Shown here piece by piece: positions 30,517 to 32,000 of a stretch of 32,000 nucleotides of DNA. Numbering within the stretch: the stretch's first letter is position 1; each line of letters opens with the position of its first letter. Location of the stretch: the NCBI GenBank assembly GCA_934631005.1, contig CAKTXA010000013.1:28963-60962 (forward strand), read 5' to 3'. Below the pieces are notes generated by a model. It was not told the DNA's origin, ran no database searches, and saw nothing but the letters and a program-made list of their open reading frames with translations. The position numbers and the translations under genes are program-made. Origin of the DNA: an uncultured Oscillospiraceae bacterium. Its GTDB lineage: Bacteria > Bacillota > Clostridia > Oscillospirales > Oscillospiraceae.

Positions 30517-31800
30517 TCAAACGCCCGCCGCAAAGCGGCCGCGGTCGATCCAGAGCCCCAGCGCGGGGTTCGGGATGTAGTAAATCTCCTCGCCGTCCAC
30601 GGTGTTATAGCCGTAGTGCAGCTTTTCAGGGTCGTATTTCTGCGCCAGCTCGTCGTAGCTTGCCGGCGTAAAGCCAACGTCCGCGATCTCCTGCTGCGTG
30701 ATCTCCTTCACGGCATAGGTGATGGAAAACCGCCCGTCGGACGAGCCGTGGATGAGGTGCGCCGCCGCGCCCATATTCTCGCGCAGGTCGGCGTTTTCCG
30801 GTTTGCCGAACGCCTCCAGCGTGCGCAGCCTGCCGCGGTAGCCGTATTTGCGGATGAGCTTATCTACTTGCGCGTCCTCGCCGAATTTCGTCACGCCGGG
30901 GGCTAAAATAATGAGCTCCCCGCCGTCCGCGATGGCCATGCGCGTGCGGTAAATGGCCTTATTGCCGAGCCACGTGGAGCGGAACTCCGCCGGGTCGAGA
31001 TACACGACGCACTTGCGGATGGGGCGCTCCACAAAGTCGATATTCTTCTCCTGCGCCAGTTTCACGGCTTCGGTCAGGCAGTCGCGCCCCTCGCCGATGA
31101 ACAGCCCGTGCAGCACGCTCTCGCCCTCCGGCGCGGTGCAGACGGTCAGGACGAACAGGATCGGCCGCTCGCGCAGAAAATGCGCCATGCCGTAATCAAA
31201 AATTTTGCGCACCGGCGTGTGGTCGCGGCCCATCATGCGCTCCATGCCGTACACCGCGCCGACCATATGGCTTTTGTGGATCATATCGCTGCCGCCGACA
31301 CCGACGAACAGGTTTTTCGCATGGTTCGCCATGCCGATGACCTCATGCGGCACGACCTGACCGGGCGAAATGATGAGGTCATAGCGTTCGTCCATCACGC
31401 GGCGGCTGATCTCCACGCTGACGGGCTCGTGCCAGAGCCCCTCTGTGATCTCTTCGAGATAGGAGGCCGGTACCTCGCCGAGCCTGACTACATCGTGCCG
31501 CCAGTCATGCACGAGCATGGTCTTATACGGAATATCGCCGAACATGGCCGCCCACTGCGCCGCAGAAACCGGCTCGTGCGTGCCCAGCGCGGGCAGGATG
31601 TCCACCCGGACGCCCCGGGCGGTCAGCAGATGGTAGTAAATGTTCGTGATCCTGCCCGCCTGCGAGTGAAGGCGCGTAAAATCCGGCGGCAGGATGAGCA
31701 CCGTTTTGAGTCGCCGCCCCTCCAGCGAGCGCGCCAGCGCGTCCTCAAGCTCCGCGTCTGAAAGGCCGCCGTGCGCGGCGATTTTGTAAATATCCCGCAT
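30517..31800 (-). CDS. LarA-like (lactate racemase N-terminal domain / DUF2088) protein
   Basis: 427 aa. Recognised by overall resemblance to the nickel-pincer-dependent racemase/epimerase family (ILPALGTHEP, GQVVPHEVIGMANHAKNLFVGVGG). Substrate unknown. Confidence 0.6.
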   Translation of the reverse strand: MRDIYKIAAHGGLSDAELEDALARSLEGRRLKTVLILPPDFTRLHSQAGRITNIYYHLLTARGVRVDILPALGTHEPVSAAQWAAMFGDIPYKTMLVHDWRHDVVRLGEVPASYLEEITEGLWHEPVSVEISRRVMDERYDLIISPGQVVPHEVIGMANHAKNLFVGVGGSDMIHKSHMVGAVYGMERMMGRDHTPVRKIFDYGMAHFLRERPILFVLTVCTAPEGESVLHGLFIGEGRDCLTEAVKLAQEKNIDFVERPIRKCVVYLDPAEFRSTWLGNKAIYRTRMAIADGGELIILAPGVTKFGEDAQVDKLIRKYGYRGRLRTLEAFGKPENADLRENMGAAAHLIHGSSDGRFSITYAVKEITQQEIADVGFTPASYDELAQKYDPEKLHYGYNTVDGEEIYYIPNPALGLWIDRGRFAAGV

Positions 31801-31801
31801 C

Positions 31802-32000
31802 TCACACCCCGCTGTAGGCCGAAAAGCCGCCGTCCACGGGGATGACCACGCCGGTCACGAACGACGCCGCCCTGTCATTCAGCAAAAACAGCAGCGCGCC
31901 CACCAGCTCCTCCGCCCGGCCAAAGCGGCCCATCGGCGTGGCGGCGAGAATTTTCTCCGTCCGCGCCGTCGGCGTGCCGTCCGCGTTCCATAAAAGCTGC
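31802..32000 (-). CDS. Short-chain dehydrogenase/reductase, C-terminal part (partial at window edge)
   Basis: The minus-strand reading ends ...FVTGVVIPVDGGFSAYSGV*, the classic SDR C-terminus. The stop at 31802-31804 lies 1 nt from the start of the LarA-like gene. The ORF runs off the window. Confidence 0.7.
   Translation of the reverse strand, partial: QLLWNADGTPTARTEKILAATPMGRFGRAEELVGALLFLLNDRAASFVTGVVIPVDGGFSAYSGV

Overview
High-GC Firmicutes/Clostridia-type chromosome segment, judged from GGAGG-type ribosome-binding sites, a T-box leader, a Spo0A-type DNA-binding domain and an SLH surface protein. (1) 104-12742, all minus strand: an uninterrupted head plus contractile-tail gene block colinear with the PBSX late operon. 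Order: truncated terS, terL, portal, protease/scaffold, decoration protein, major capsid protein, three connector proteins, sheath, tube, chaperone, a very short tape-measure-like ORF, a LysM protein, and XkdQ/R/S/T/U-like baseplate proteins. No lysogeny, replication or lysis genes are visible, and the block abuts ileS. (2) 13264-22418, minus strand, housekeeping genes: ileS with promoter and T-box leader, carD-family gene, aldehyde dehydrogenase, murI, an orphan Spo0A C-terminal-domain gene preceded by a dense array of 0A-box-like heptamers, tadA, and an XRE repressor. (3) 22489-27422, plus strand: a three-gene regulatory operon (zinc-ribbon protein, helical protein, sigma-70 region-4-type HTH protein) followed by a 1273-aa SLH/beta-helix surface protein. 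(4) 27958-32000, minus strand: udk, pdp, an LMW phosphatase, a LarA-like protein and a partial SDR. Five intergenic clusters, together about 1.7 kb, belong to one modular family of GC-rich hairpin repeats. Their hairpins carry a 5' GTAG head, as in REP/BIME elements, and two copies form TIR-bounded MITE-like composites in opposite orientation. Many long ORFs in the six-frame track are antisense or repeat-derived artefacts of the high GC content. All functional calls rest on motif, length and synteny recognition by eye; no database search was run.
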